A stretch of DNA of 62,754 nucleotides from Phascolarctobacterium sp. GTDB lineage: Bacteria; Bacillota; Negativicutes; Acidaminococcales; Acidaminococcaceae. The position numbers and the translations under genes were made by a program. Within the stretch, counting starts at the first letter, position 1. Every line of letters starts with the position of its first letter. Where the stretch lies: contig JAJQAO010000015.1 in assembly GCA_021203775.1 (NCBI GenBank), positions 1-62,754 of the forward strand, in the 5' to 3' direction. Below are positions 62,647 through 62,754 of the stretch, piece after piece. Under the pieces are notes generated by a model. The model saw nothing but the letters and a program-made list of their open reading frames with translations, was not told where the DNA came from and did no database searches.

Positions 62647-62675
62647 ATTATACTAAATATATCTATTAAAAACAA
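62647..62675 (-). promoter_or_regulatory. candidate queT-queF promoter
   Basis: Minus strand: TTGTTT (62670-62675), 17 nt, TATAAT (62647-62652). Confidence 0.5.
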
Positions 62676-62690
62676 GCTGTTTCCCATATA

Positions 62691-62730
62691 AGTAAGAATA
62701 CCCGCACAAAACTGTGCGGGTATTCTTACT
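62691..62730. other. 17-bp perfect hairpin at the window edge
   Basis: AGTAAGAATACCCGCAC-aaaact-GTGCGGGTATTCTTACT. No clear U-tract on either strand. Possibly the terminator of a gene beyond the right edge. Confidence 0.4.
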
Positions 62731-62754
62731 TCCAACCGGCAACTTTCTATTCTC

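Overview
This 62.7-kb window is core chromosome from a low-GC, anaerobic, Bacillota-type genome. The lineage guess (Clostridia- or Negativicutes-like) is inference from gene order, FabK, a membrane pyrophosphatase, HydG and enlarged RpoB/RpoC. About 57 intact CDSs sit almost entirely on the minus strand. They fall into blocks that mirror Bacillus synteny:
- dnaE, then an SSS symporter with a divergent LysR regulator, then rpoB-rpoC
- prmA-rsmE-mtaB-HIT-rpsU-yqeY
- thrS (T-box), infC-rpmI-rplT (L20-type leader), a TrmH-family methyltransferase, pheST (T-box)
- fapR-plsX-fabHDG-acpP-fabK-fabF-rnc
- ackA-yceD-rpmF, tmcAL, rsmD-coaD
- a TM1266-like regulator plus hydG
- secG-hppA-thioesterase-rnr-smpB-ssrA-tRNA-Ala
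- cggR-gap-pgk/tpi-gpmI-eno
- a preQ1-I riboswitch controlling queT-queF

I found no rRNA, CRISPR array, transposase, integrase or prophage remnant, and no convincing multi-gene novel system. The least-explained content is:
- two divergent, exported paralogs of an uncharacterised DUF4127-like family, each monocistronic
- a covalently fused PGK-TIM gene
- an rpoBC unit separated from both of its usual neighbours, with an intrinsic terminator in its leader
- tandem module duplications inside RpoB and RpoC
- a stand-alone AICAR-transformylase-domain gene behind a possibly long leader
- a terminator-like perfect palindrome upstream of the symporter

All calls come from reading the sequence and the ORF track. 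RNA-element boundaries are good to a few nucleotides. No database or covariance-model search could be run.
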